Below are positions 31,647-42,002 of a DNA stretch of 64,000 nucleotides, piece after piece. The translations under genes were made by a program, and so were the position numbers. How positions within the stretch are numbered: position 1 is the stretch's first letter; each line of letters starts with the position of its first letter. This DNA comes from an uncultured Methanosarcinaceae archaeon (GTDB lineage Archaea > Halobacteriota > Methanosarcinia > Methanosarcinales > Methanosarcinaceae), in the NCBI GenBank assembly GCA_963727895.1, contig CAVSHT010000008.1, positions 96,001 to 160,000 on the forward strand, in the 5' to 3' direction. Under the pieces are notes generated by a model. That model was not told the origin of the DNA. It ran no database searches and was given only the letters and a program-made list of their open reading frames with translations.

Positions 31647-32411
31647 TTAAATTATAAGTAGTCCATTTTGCCAGTCATTGATTATTCTGGTAGCAGCTCT
31701 TGTTTCGTCTACTTCGCCTTTTTTCTGCAGGAAATTGCACTGTTTGCCTATCAGTTCAAGCACATCATAGGAAGTCTCGTTTTCGATTATGATATGATAA
31801 AAAGATTCAAGGATTGCTTTATTCTCAGCAAGCATTTTTTCAATTATCTTCAGGGCTACGCCGATCTTGTCCTTAAGGTGAGTTGTATCCTTTATCCCAA
31901 GCAGGCCCTGAAGATATTCATCGTTTTCGTCACAGGGAATCACTCCAGGTGTATCTATGAACATAATGTGTGAGCCTGCATCCACATGCTGGACTCCTTT
32001 AGTGTGGCCGGATACAGGAGATGTGCTTGCCCTATGGCGGCCTGTAACATTGTTAATTACCGAAGATTTGCCAACATTGGGATAACCAAGGGCACCGACA
32101 AGGATATTTTGCCCTTTCATAGAAGCTGATGCAAGAATCTGGTATCTCAACATCGTCATTCCTGACCTGTCTTTACTGGAAACAAAAATTACAGGTGCAG
32201 TTTTAGAGAAGCGCGATTTAGTTTTTTCGAGTTTTTCTCTTGATACAAGATCTGATTTGTTGATCACTATAATGAAAGGTTTGTTTAAGCGGATAATCTC
32301 ACGCTCAACTTCACTATTTCGGGTCTCATCAGGAAACCTGGCATCTATTATTTCAAGAAGGACGTCAGCTTTTTTGATAACATCTTTTACAAGGGCTTTG
32401 TAGCTTGCCAT
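31647..32411 (-). CDS. RbgA/YlqF-like circularly permuted GTPase
   Basis: DARFP, NKSD, GYPNVGKSS and DTPG in G4-G1-G3 order. Confidence 0.92.
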   Translation of the reverse strand: MASYKALVKDVIKKADVLLEIIDARFPDETRNSEVEREIIRLNKPFIIVINKSDLVSREKLEKTKSRFSKTAPVIFVSSKDRSGMTMLRYQILASASMKGQNILVGALGYPNVGKSSVINNVTGRHRASTSPVSGHTKGVQHVDAGSHIMFIDTPGVIPCDENDEYLQGLLGIKDTTHLKDKIGVALKIIEKMLAENKAILESFYHIIIENETSYDVLELIGKQCNFLQKKGEVDETRAATRIINDWQNGLLII

Positions 32412-32606
32412 ATGTTGTGGCTATGGCTCAAGCTGGTATATATAATGAAAGACAAGGATTTTAAAAACGGATAAATATTTAGAAGTTAAGATCTAATAAT
32501 TGGCAAAAATAAGTAAAAGGAATTATTGAATATATGAAAGTAACCTCAGTGCAAAATTCTGGAAAATAAAACCAAAGTAAGAATAAAAAGGTAGTGTATC
32601 GATAAA

Positions 32607-32726
32607 TTTGATACTATAATTTTTACCTTAAGGTACCTTTTTTCTGGTGATGAAATTGATTAACTTTCCTATTTATAAATGTTTACACTGATTTTGTAAC
32701 AAAGCCAGATTTTTTGCGCCATAACC
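32607..32726 (+). repeat. Degenerate partial copy of an IS6-derived MITE
   Basis: 95/120 ungapped identity (counted by hand) to 33327-33446. Confidence 0.8.
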
Positions 32727-32803
32727 AATAAATTAAAAAAGTTTCTAATATTACCTACTCATGTAGTAGTCTATTTATACATCTTAATTGTACGAGTAGT
32801 AGT

Positions 32804-33214
32804 ATGAAGCAATACAAAACTTTCAGACTTTCTAACAGTGTATTGTCAGACCTGAAAGCTTTGCAGAAAGATTGTGAATCGATTCCAGATACCATTAAAA
32901 GACTGAATAACGATTATTTATATTGTGTTGAAGAAATTCATTACAGATATTCAAGAGATCTAATGAATGACGGGTCATTTACTCAATATATTTCTATCAC
33001 TGCGTGTAATAATAGTAGGTATGGTTTACGATATACTGAATATTTTATGAAGATCGGAGAAGAGCTAAATGACATTGTTAGGCTTCCAAAAGACGTTCTT
33101 GATGAAATTAGTTGGATGCCACAACACCCAGATGAGATATTCAATACTACTATGTTCACGTTGATATCTATTGAGAAGGCTTTAATGGAATGGAATGAAG
33201 AAGATCAAAAATAA
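32804..33214 (+). CDS. Hypothetical protein, possible N-terminal ribbon-helix-helix
   Basis: KTFRLSNSVLSDLKALQKDCESIPDTIKRL resembles an RHH/antitoxin-type N-terminus. Confidence 0.6.
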   Translation: MKQYKTFRLSNSVLSDLKALQKDCESIPDTIKRLNNDYLYCVEEIHYRYSRDLMNDGSFTQYISITACNNSRYGLRYTEYFMKIGEELNDIVRLPKDVLDEISWMPQHPDEIFNTTMFTLISIEKALMEWNEEDQK

Positions 33215-33296
33215 AACTAATATTAACTTCTCTTTGTTAAAATTTTCATAACCATTTTGTTTACGAACTCATAACCCCACCTACTATTCTATTTTT

Positions 33297-33446
33297 GGTT
33301 CCGTTGCAAAAATAATATTTCTGCATTTTGACACTATAATTCTCACTTATATGTATCATTTTTCTGGTGATTAGATAAATTAACTTTCCTAATTGTGAAG
33401 GTTTTCACTTATTTTGTAAAATAGCCAGATTTTTTGAACCCGAACC
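33297..33446 (+). mobile_element. MITE with IS6-type ends
   Basis: Left end GGTTCCGTTGCAAAAA is identical to the IS6 TIR at 46568. Right end AGATTTTTTGAACCCGAACC is a degenerate version of the IS6 right end. Confidence 0.82.
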
Positions 33447-33567
33447 GCCGTCACTATACTATAAGTTTTAATGATTTTGGCATCATTAGAGCCTAGTTAT
33501 ACTGCCATTTAGATGAATTGTTCATATTTTTCCACGTTACTACTCCAGAAAAAGTCAATTTACGATT

Positions 33568-34323
33568 TTAGGATGACTTACCCTGTCCGTGTCCCATCAT
33601 AGTTGTCAGTTTAGGGTCAATCACACGTATCTCGTACTCGTCTGATTCGAAGGCTTTCATTGCAGGCTGGACGAACTCTATGGTCGTAATACCAAAATAA
33701 GTCTGTCCCCTGGCTTTCCTTGCACCCTTATCGAGGTTTGTATCTACCATAGGGGGAATTAGTTCGAATACTTTAACAGTCGTTCCTTCCAGTTGCTGCC
33801 TGAGCAAGATGCTGAGCATATGAACAGCCGCCTTGGTCGCACAATAAACAGGAAGAATTGGCATCGGATGAAATGCAAGCCCAGAAGAAACGTTCATAAT
33901 TGCGGCTTCTTTTTGCTTCATCAGGTGTGGGGTAAAGAGTGCTGTCATATAAACGAGAGATCTGAAATTTACCTCTATCTCATCTTCTCCATCCGCCGTC
34001 CATTGCTTGGTAAGATCCTCAGTTCCTTTTTTGAAGTCGATCATACGCTGAATGCCAGCATTATTTATTAAGATGTTCAGGTTTTTGAAATTAGAAGTTG
34101 CCCAGGTATACAATTCCTCACATTCCGATTCTTTAGAAATATCGCACTTCCTGACATACAGATGAGGGATTTTTTCCTTAGCTTGCTTCAGGTTCTCCTC
34201 GGTCCTTGAACAGACGATGACCTCACTACCTGCTTTGACAAAAGCTTCTGCCAGAGCTAAACCAATACCAGTCGCTCCGCCAGTGATCAATATTGTATTT
34301 CGACTCGTTCTCATATATTTCAC
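33568..34323 (-). CDS. Short-chain dehydrogenase/reductase (DltE-like)
   Basis: TGGATGIG, NNAG and YCATK. Confidence 0.93.
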   Translation of the reverse strand: MKYMRTSRNTILITGGATGIGLALAEAFVKAGSEVIVCSRTEENLKQAKEKIPHLYVRKCDISKESECEELYTWATSNFKNLNILINNAGIQRMIDFKKGTEDLTKQWTADGEDEIEVNFRSLVYMTALFTPHLMKQKEAAIMNVSSGLAFHPMPILPVYCATKAAVHMLSILLRQQLEGTTVKVFELIPPMVDTNLDKGARKARGQTYFGITTIEFVQPAMKAFESDEYEIRVIDPKLTTMMGHGQGKSS

Positions 34324-34442
34324 TCGATGTTACACTATTAATAGTGTAGAACTTACGTATTATTACAAAAGAAGTACACAGTTATATATACAGTACTCCG
34401 CTAAAAATCCCTTTTCTATGCTTTCCCTGGTGATTTACTTTA

Positions 34443-34532
34443 GAGCTTGTCTTAAAATTCATTCTCATATATATTGAGTTTCGCTATTCTTCTAACCATT
34501 ATGCGAATGATGATGAATTTTAAGATACGCTC
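34443..34532. mobile_element. 90-bp MITE with IS5 (IS1031-like) ends
   Basis: TIR GAGCTTGTCTTAAAATTCAT / ATGAATTTTAAGATACGCTC (18/20), TTA target duplication. Confidence 0.85.
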
Positions 34533-34648
34533 TTATTCATTCGATGTAAGGTGTTTTTGTAAGAAGTGACTTTGGTAATTAGCAACGCCTGTCAAATTAA
34601 GGTTTTAAATCAATATTTATTTAAAGCATCTTGCTAATCACTCATGGC

Positions 34649-35692
34649 ATGGAAACCACTGAACCCTCATCTTCTTTTGCAAAAAACTCATCTTTTGCAA
34701 CAAATATATCCCACGTTAATAGTGGAATAGAGCAGGTGTTTACCTGGTTTTCAGACAATTTCGGCACACTTTTGTTCATACTTTTCATTGGTTTGATAAC
34801 CGTCCTTATTGCAAGGAATATAAACCGTCTTATGGAAAGCTACTTCAAAAAAGCAAGCGGCAAGCTGCGAATGGACACAACGTCTTTTCGAATGTTTAGA
34901 CATATTGTTGTCGCACTAATCTATTTTATGGGAATTATCGCTGTTGTTTTCAGTATTCCAAGTCTTCGAAGCCTCTCGGTCGCCCTCTTTACAGGAGCAG
35001 GAATTGCCGGTATAGTTCTCGGTTTTGCAGCTCAGAATACACTGAGCAATATAATTGCAGGACTTTCTCTTGCCATATTTCAACCTTTCAGGGTTGGAGA
35101 TCGGCTTAATATCATGAATGAATACGGAAAAGTTACAGATCTTAACCTTCGGCACACTGTCATTATAACCTGGGATAACAGGCGACTTATAATACCCAAC
35201 TCTGTAATCAGCAATGAAGCAATAATTAATTGGACTATAGAAGACCCTGCGGTAATATGGCCAATCGATGTTGGAATAAGCTATGATGCCGATATAGACC
35301 AGGCAAGAAAAATCATGATAGAAGAAGCAAGAAAAAATCCCAATGTAATGCCTCCGCAGGAAGTTCAGTATAGTGTTGTAAAACCTAGCTTAATTAAATC
35401 CGAAACATTGAATATGGGATTTTTTGACTCTCCTGTACTTCATCCAGTTGACCCGGATTTCAGGGAAAGAGGAGAGGTTAAAGTAAACGTTGTTGAATTA
35501 GGAGATTACGCTGTACAACTCCGTCTGAATGTCTGGTTCAAAGACAGGAGCATTGCACACAGTTCAGGATGTGAAATTAGGGAAGCTATTAAAAAACGTT
35601 TTGATAAGGAAGGAATAGAAATTCCTTACCCATATAGAACTATTGTGTATAAAACTGATATTGAAAAAGAGAAGAAGGATACTAAAAAATGA
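34649..35692 (+). CDS. Small-conductance mechanosensitive channel (MscS family)
   Basis: GIVLGFAAQNTLSNIIAG, PFRVGD, IIPNS and GIEIPYP. Confidence 0.93.
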   Translation: METTEPSSSFAKNSSFATNISHVNSGIEQVFTWFSDNFGTLLFILFIGLITVLIARNINRLMESYFKKASGKLRMDTTSFRMFRHIVVALIYFMGIIAVVFSIPSLRSLSVALFTGAGIAGIVLGFAAQNTLSNIIAGLSLAIFQPFRVGDRLNIMNEYGKVTDLNLRHTVIITWDNRRLIIPNSVISNEAIINWTIEDPAVIWPIDVGISYDADIDQARKIMIEEARKNPNVMPPQEVQYSVVKPSLIKSETLNMGFFDSPVLHPVDPDFRERGEVKVNVVELGDYAVQLRLNVWFKDRSIAHSSGCEIREAIKKRFDKEGIEIPYPYRTIVYKTDIEKEKKDTKK

Positions 35693-35946
35693 TCCCATAC
35701 AGAGAGATAAAATTAGTACGCTGTAAAATGCCAATTAGATACAATTATTTTGCCTATCTATAATTAGGACATACAGATTAGGACATACAGCATTTAAATT
35801 AATTTAGAAAATTATACACAGGTATTTTATTTTTTAAAAGTATCAGTGGCTAACGAGATTATCATAAATTAAAGTTGTGCTGGCGCACCCCGCAGCAAGC
35901 CAAGGATATTCGACTGAAATAAAAATCAATTTATAGGAATAATCTT

Positions 35947-37263
35947 ATGGCCTTACCTCCACTAAAAGAACGAACTTTTGGGTATGAATTTTCAGGGAGT
36001 GAACATAAACTTATTTTTGAAAAAGAAAATATTGGTTATGTTCGGTACAAAAATAAAGCCGCTAAAATTTTTTATCTTGATCCTTCTCCTTATTATAATG
36101 ATCCCAGAAATCAGATCTATACTGTAAAAAGTGGGTCTTTGCCTCCAGACGGACAATTAATTGAGGTAAATGTTACAGAAACTGAAAAACTTCGTATAAC
36201 CTCAAATGATTATGATAAAACCTTTAAATCTACAAAAAAACCTCTTGCTTGGGCAGCACAAACCCAGAATAATATTTACACCACAAATATCAAGTATGTG
36301 GTTGGTTGGAATTTGGTAAATCCTAATAAAATTCGAAGTAATAATCTAACGAGTAAGGATGATTTTTTGGAGTTTTTATCAATTCCAATAAAAAATAAAA
36401 TTTTGGATATTGAAGACTTGCAATATAGTCTGGGAATGTGTGCAGTCTCAGCTCCTCAAATTACTGACCTTGAAAAAGGTGGGGTAAATACAATAGTACT
36501 GGATAAAAATTATGATTCAATGAAATGGGCTGCCTTCAAACGAATTATGAGTATTGTTCCGCGTGAATTTAAACAGCCTGCCTCAAAAAACTTTTATGAA
36601 TACCTTACAACCAGTGAACAGCCTTATCCGACAGCCAGTATTGAGGTTAACTTGTCTTATTTTAATATACAGGATGTACCCATTCATCTCCCAATTCCTT
36701 TTGACATGGAATTCAAAACTCTTGGGGAATATAAAGAGAGTTTTGATCATTATCTTCCTCTGGCAAGAGCCTATATGATTGATTCTCTGTTATTTCAGCC
36801 ATATATTCCTGAGAAAATCGAAAAACGTATGGAAGAAGCAATGTACTTCATTTTAGATGATATTTCTTCTACCGGCATAATTCCCTACTATCAGGATATA
36901 GGTTCAGTCATCCCGAAATTAGCCACTTCTTTTGCAAGACTCAATTTTGATTCCTGGATTTCTTATAGAGATCTGGACAAAAGTAAAGGAATCTGGATTG
37001 ATCTTGTGACTGAAGCCAGGAATACCACAGATTCTACAAGGACTCGAAGTACAGATAAGCTTTACCAGTTGACACCAGATGCAGAAAAGCTACTGAAGGA
37101 ATTAAATGAACTGGAAGATGCAGGTATTCCTCTCCTTATAACCACCATCAAGGAAAAAACTTCATTAATAGAATGGAATTTTGAGAACGCCCTGAAAAAA
37201 TTAAAAATCTGTGGATATGTCTATTTCCCAAATAATGAAAGGATAGGGCTTATCCACTACTAA
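35947..37263 (+). CDS. Hypothetical protein, degenerate MCM-like architecture
   Basis: IPKLATSFARLNF resembles the MCM lid helix and the C-terminus resembles a winged helix. No Walker A or B motif. Confidence 0.6.
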   Translation: MALPPLKERTFGYEFSGSEHKLIFEKENIGYVRYKNKAAKIFYLDPSPYYNDPRNQIYTVKSGSLPPDGQLIEVNVTETEKLRITSNDYDKTFKSTKKPLAWAAQTQNNIYTTNIKYVVGWNLVNPNKIRSNNLTSKDDFLEFLSIPIKNKILDIEDLQYSLGMCAVSAPQITDLEKGGVNTIVLDKNYDSMKWAAFKRIMSIVPREFKQPASKNFYEYLTTSEQPYPTASIEVNLSYFNIQDVPIHLPIPFDMEFKTLGEYKESFDHYLPLARAYMIDSLLFQPYIPEKIEKRMEEAMYFILDDISSTGIIPYYQDIGSVIPKLATSFARLNFDSWISYRDLDKSKGIWIDLVTEARNTTDSTRTRSTDKLYQLTPDAEKLLKELNELEDAGIPLLITTIKEKTSLIEWNFENALKKLKICGYVYFPNNERIGLIHY

Positions 37264-37440
37264 TCTTCTTTTTTCTATCAAACTCTATCAAAATATATCA
37301 AATTGAGATACTTTTTTTGAATTAAATGATTTTGATATAGATAAGTAATATTAGTAATAAATTGGTTGAGAAAAAAGCAAGTGAAAAACAGATTGAATAA
37401 CAAAATAGAAGTTGGATATAAAAAAATAAAAGGAGAATTT

Positions 37441-38748
37441 TCACAGTTCCCTTTCATCAATTACTCTCTTTGTCTTTTTCATGCTGCGGGGAAGTTCCCC
37501 CATCTTCACACCTACAACATCAACGGTTACGCCTATGAAGTCCTTAAAGGCTTTTCTGAGAGCTTTTTCTGCTTTTTCTTTATTTTCACGGTTTTCTACG
37601 TCTTCAAGCTCTATTCTAAATGTCATGCTATCTCGGCCATCCTTACGGGTAAGCAGAATCTGATACTCGCTGCTTACTCCAGGAACCCTGTGAACAAGAT
37701 CTTCAATCTGACCAGGATAGATATTTACAGCTTTGAATTTTATACGGTCATCTGACCTTCCCAGGATCCTGTCAATTCTCGGAAAAGGACAACCGCATTT
37801 GCAGACGCCGGGAATAATCCTTGTAAGGTCTCTTGTTCTGTAGCGGATAAGAGGAGCTCCTTCTTTTGTGAGAGTTGTGATTACAAGTTCTCCAAGCGTG
37901 CCTTCAGGAAGCTGCTCGCCTGTAATAGGATCGATAATCTCAAAAATCAGATGATCAGACCAGTAATGCATACCATCATGGAAAGAACAATCAAGGCCAA
38001 TCCCTGGCCCGTATATCTCGGTTAGCCCGTAAATATCAAAAGTTTCGATCCCTAATTCGGTTTCGATCCGGCTGCGCATTTTTTCACTCCAGCGTTCCGA
38101 ACCTATAATGCCTTTTTTGAGATGGATCTTAGATTTAAGCCCACGTTTTTCAATTTCTTCAGCAAGCAATATAGCATATGAAGAAGTACTTGCAAGAGCC
38201 GTGGATTTCAGGTCAACAAGCATTTCAAGCTGTTTTTCAGTATTTCCAGGACCTGTAGGTATAGCCATTGCTCGCAGACGTTCAGCTCCAAGCTGGAAAC
38301 CTATTCCTGCAGTCCAGAGCCCGTATCCTGGAGTAATCTGGATCCGGTCCTGGTTGGTAAGTCCTGCCATCATATAGCAGCGCATCATCATCTCGGCCCA
38401 GGTATCCACATCTTTCCTGGTATAAGGAATAATTACAGGTTTTCCGGTAGTTCCTGATGAGGAATGAATCCTTACGATCTCCGAATCAGGAACAGCCTGC
38501 AGTCCAAGAGGATAAGCATCCCTGAGTTCTTCTTTATTAGTGAAAGGAAGAAGTTTCAGGTCGCTAAGTGACTTTATTTCCTCAAGATCGACATTCGATT
38601 CCTTGAACTTTTTCTGGTAAAAAGAACTGTTTTCAACTACGTGTTTCAGCAGCGCCTTCAATTTTAAAAAGGTTTCTTCTTCCGAAATATCAGGATGGTA
38701 AAGCTGAACATTGGGATCAAGTTCAGTCTCAGTTAATGCTTCATACAT
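37441..38748 (-). CDS. paaK: Phenylacetate-CoA ligase
   Basis: HSSSGTTGKP, DIYGLTE, PLIRYRTRD and GRSDD. Confidence 0.93.
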   Translation of the reverse strand: MYEALTETELDPNVQLYHPDISEEETFLKLKALLKHVVENSSFYQKKFKESNVDLEEIKSLSDLKLLPFTNKEELRDAYPLGLQAVPDSEIVRIHSSSGTTGKPVIIPYTRKDVDTWAEMMMRCYMMAGLTNQDRIQITPGYGLWTAGIGFQLGAERLRAMAIPTGPGNTEKQLEMLVDLKSTALASTSSYAILLAEEIEKRGLKSKIHLKKGIIGSERWSEKMRSRIETELGIETFDIYGLTEIYGPGIGLDCSFHDGMHYWSDHLIFEIIDPITGEQLPEGTLGELVITTLTKEGAPLIRYRTRDLTRIIPGVCKCGCPFPRIDRILGRSDDRIKFKAVNIYPGQIEDLVHRVPGVSSEYQILLTRKDGRDSMTFRIELEDVENRENKEKAEKALRKAFKDFIGVTVDVVGVKMGELPRSMKKTKRVIDEREL

Positions 38749-38773
38749 ATAGTTTCACCCTCTGATCCCCAGT

Positions 38774-39373
38774 TCAGGTGCCGGAGACAAATTTAATACA
38801 TTTCATTGCGCGTTCGAATGCTGCCCTGTTTACAGCTCTGTATTTTTCAGGGATTTCGGCATTTAGCACTGCCTTTAAAGTTTCCTCTGAAAAAGGCAAG
38901 ACTCGTGCGCCTGCAGCCGCACCAATCATTGCAACGTTTGCAGCCCTGTACGTTCCTGCTTCTGCTGCAAGCTCCGTGAAATCGGAGCAGAGAACATCCT
39001 GGTAATTTGCACGTAAAAAAAAGAGCAAAGCTGAAGAATCATATTCAGGACTTCCGGGTGGTCTTGAAGCCGGAGGAATAGCATGGGTATTTACCAGCAC
39101 TTTCCCACCGTTCCTGACAAAAGGCAGGTTCCTTATGGTTTCTGCAGGTTCAAGGCCTAAAAGCAGGTCTACCTGTCCAACTGGAATAAGTGACCCGGGA
39201 ACTTCCTCTCCTATTCTTATATGGCTGCTGACCGAACCTTCCCTCTGAGACATGCCTATCGTTTCGGCAGTGCTTACATGAAATCCGGCTTTCATAGCAG
39301 CAAGTGCAAGCAAACGGGAGGCAAGCACAACACCCTGCCCGCCAACGCCTGCAATTAGAATATCATATTTCAC
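38774..39373 (-). CDS. iorB: Indolepyruvate:ferredoxin oxidoreductase beta subunit
   Basis: AGVGGQG and ETIGMSQREGSV; GTG start overlaps the iorA stop. Confidence 0.92.
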   Translation of the reverse strand: MKYDILIAGVGGQGVVLASRLLALAAMKAGFHVSTAETIGMSQREGSVSSHIRIGEEVPGSLIPVGQVDLLLGLEPAETIRNLPFVRNGGKVLVNTHAIPPASRPPGSPEYDSSALLFFLRANYQDVLCSDFTELAAEAGTYRAANVAMIGAAAGARVLPFSEETLKAVLNAEIPEKYRAVNRAAFERAMKCIKFVSGT

Positions 39374-41250
39374 AGCTTTACCCCTCCTATGCAAATAGCT
39401 TCTGACGGACATACCTGAGCACAGAGTCCGCAGCCGCTGCAACTATCCTGTATAACAGGCTTATCCGCAACAAGGTTAATTGCAGGGCAGCCGAGCTCTT
39501 TTATACAGAAACCACAACCTGTACAGGCTTCAGGTTTTATTTCGTAATATTTGTCAGGTTTTGTAATCCCTACACACTTTCCTTTAAAAACTATAACCGA
39601 CGGCCCTTTAAAATTCATAACTTCCTTTGCAGCTTTTATACAAGTCTCAAGGCTGTCTGGATCTACGGTGTCAACAGTTTTTACAAATTCAATCCCGCAA
39701 CTTCGAATCACATCTGCAATCTCAATGACCTTGGAAGCGCTTCCTAGTGCTGTTACGCCTACACCAGGGTGAGGCTGATGTCCTGTCATTGCAGTTGTGC
39801 GGTTGTCAAGGACTGCAATAGTGATATCTGCGCTGTTATATACAGCGTTTATTACTGCAGGGATACCGGAGTGGAAAAAGGTTGAATCTCCAATAAAAGC
39901 TACCTGTTTTGCTTTCGGGTTCGTGCGGGAGAGCCCTCCTGCAAGGCTTATTCCGGCTCCCATGCAGAGGCAGGTATCTACAACTTCAAGGGGATAGGCA
40001 TTTCCAAGTGTATAACAGCCAATGTCTCCAGAGAAAATAGTATCAATTTGAGCCTCTTTTTTAAACTGTTTTGCAGCCTGCTTGAAAGCATAAAAAACAG
40101 TCCTGTGCATACAACCAGCACAGAGGGTCGGGGCTCTGATAGGAAGAGGAGGAAGTTTTTCTCTTGATATGGCAGGAAAAGCGTGAGAAAGTCGTGAATT
40201 TTCTCCAAAAGCTGCAAGTGAGTTGTTAATACTATCAATTACAATATCCACATTGTATTCTCCACTTATAGGGAAAAAGCCATTCTTTTTTCCATAAACG
40301 TCAACAGGCAGATGTGCTTTTCCTATAAGCTGTAGAATTTGTTCTTCAAGGTAAGGGTCAAGCTCTTCAACAACAATTAACCTGTCAATGCCTTTCAGAA
40401 AAGAAAGAGCTGCTTGTTCCGGAAACGGATATGCTGTTCCAACACGGAAGAGAGTAAAAAGTTCTTTAAAATCACTGACAGTTTTTACGGCTTCCTTTAC
40501 ATAAAGAGCTGAAACGCCTGAAGCAATGATCCCGATTTTACCGGACCCTGATATTGAATTGAAAGAAAGCTCTGAAAAACGTTCGGAAAGCTTTTTCTGC
40601 ACGCTTTCAAGCCAGGGGTGCCGCTCAGCAGTAAGCTTTGGAAAGATCGTCCAGCGTCTATCTTTTATAAAACCCTCCTTAATAGCTTCAACAAGAGCAG
40701 GTTCTGAAACTTTGACTTCAACATCTCCGCAACTGTGGGAAACTCGCGTGGTGGTTCTTAAGATTACAGGAATTTCAAATTCATGCGAAAGCTCAAAAGC
40801 CAGCTTTGTTAATTCATAGGCTTCCTGAGGGGTTGCAGGGTCAAGGACAGGAATATTTGCAAAATGTCCAAAAGCTCGAGTATCCTGTTCAGTCTGGGAA
40901 GAATGAGGCCCCGGATCGTCGGCAACTAGCAGGACAAGAGCTCCTTTTACCCCTATATAACTCAAGCTCATCAGGGGATCGGATGCAACATTCAACCCTA
41001 CCTGTTTCATGGTGACAAGAGTCTTTGCTCCTGAATAAGCCGCTCCTGCAGCTGTTTCAAGTGCAACTTTCTCGTTGCTGGACCACTCAGTATAGATTCC
41101 ACATCGATCTGAATATCGTATAATTGTCTCCAGAGCTTCAGTCGATGGAGTTCCAGGATACCCTGTAACAACCTGGGCACCGGCTTCTATAGCTCCAAGT
41201 GCAATGGCTTCATTACCCATTAACAGTTTTTTGTCAGTCAATAAACTCAT
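39370..41250 (-). CDS. iorA: Indolepyruvate:ferredoxin oxidoreductase alpha subunit
   Basis: GYPGTPSTE, MKQVGLNVA, GDIGCY, IGDSTFFH and two C-terminal ferredoxin motifs. Confidence 0.95.
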   Translation of the reverse strand: MSLLTDKKLLMGNEAIALGAIEAGAQVVTGYPGTPSTEALETIIRYSDRCGIYTEWSSNEKVALETAAGAAYSGAKTLVTMKQVGLNVASDPLMSLSYIGVKGALVLLVADDPGPHSSQTEQDTRAFGHFANIPVLDPATPQEAYELTKLAFELSHEFEIPVILRTTTRVSHSCGDVEVKVSEPALVEAIKEGFIKDRRWTIFPKLTAERHPWLESVQKKLSERFSELSFNSISGSGKIGIIASGVSALYVKEAVKTVSDFKELFTLFRVGTAYPFPEQAALSFLKGIDRLIVVEELDPYLEEQILQLIGKAHLPVDVYGKKNGFFPISGEYNVDIVIDSINNSLAAFGENSRLSHAFPAISREKLPPLPIRAPTLCAGCMHRTVFYAFKQAAKQFKKEAQIDTIFSGDIGCYTLGNAYPLEVVDTCLCMGAGISLAGGLSRTNPKAKQVAFIGDSTFFHSGIPAVINAVYNSADITIAVLDNRTTAMTGHQPHPGVGVTALGSASKVIEIADVIRSCGIEFVKTVDTVDPDSLETCIKAAKEVMNFKGPSVIVFKGKCVGITKPDKYYEIKPEACTGCGFCIKELGCPAINLVADKPVIQDSCSGCGLCAQVCPSEAICIGGVKL

Positions 41251-42002
41251 CTCGAATATAGGGTAATATTTTAACAAATCTTACAAACTTAATAAATTCT
41301 AATAAATCTAGATCTAATAAATCTAGAAGGAACAAAGGGAAGTTAAAAATAATTTGTATCCTCAAACAAGTTATTAAAATTATTTTATGTAATTGAAAAT
41401 ACATTTTAAGGTATTTAATCGCTCTTTTACGCTATGGGAACGACGATGACCATCTATGTACAACGCTGTCTGAAAGAAGTACGTAAAATTTGCATATAAA
41501 GTTTTTGTTTTATAAGTCTGTGTGATTATTATTTTAGTTGTAGTATGCAGAAAATTCGGTAAATTCTAATTTATGATGCAGAAATTTTTGAGATAATACT
41601 TTTTTACTCGAGAAAACAACATTTAGTCTAGAACCTTGACTATATTATATATTTAAAATTAAAAATTTACAAAAATTTAGGTACACTGCCAAAATCTAAT
41701 GTTAATGCTATGAAGTACCAATTATTTAGAAACTTATTAATTCTAATAAAAAAATATGAATTTATTAAAACCACTGAATCAAATATAAAGTGCTTCAAAA
41801 CAACTTGCACGTCATAATGAGGATTTGTGGATTGTTGGACTAGAGCACTAGATTTGCTGGAGAAAACTAAATCTATGACATTGATTACCAGTAATATATC
41901 AACTTCTATAAACAGTACCTCTATTTTTTCTATTCTACAATTCCTAACGGATTTTATGATACATTTAATTAAATTTTTTTAGTTTTATTTGTACTATTTT
42001 TT

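Noticed and set aside
35883..35924. GC-rich GCGCACCCCGCAGCAAGC..TATTCGACTGAAATAAA motif as an IS200/IS605 end remnant
   Set aside because: Resembles such ends from memory, but the hairpin is incomplete and no second copy exists in the window.
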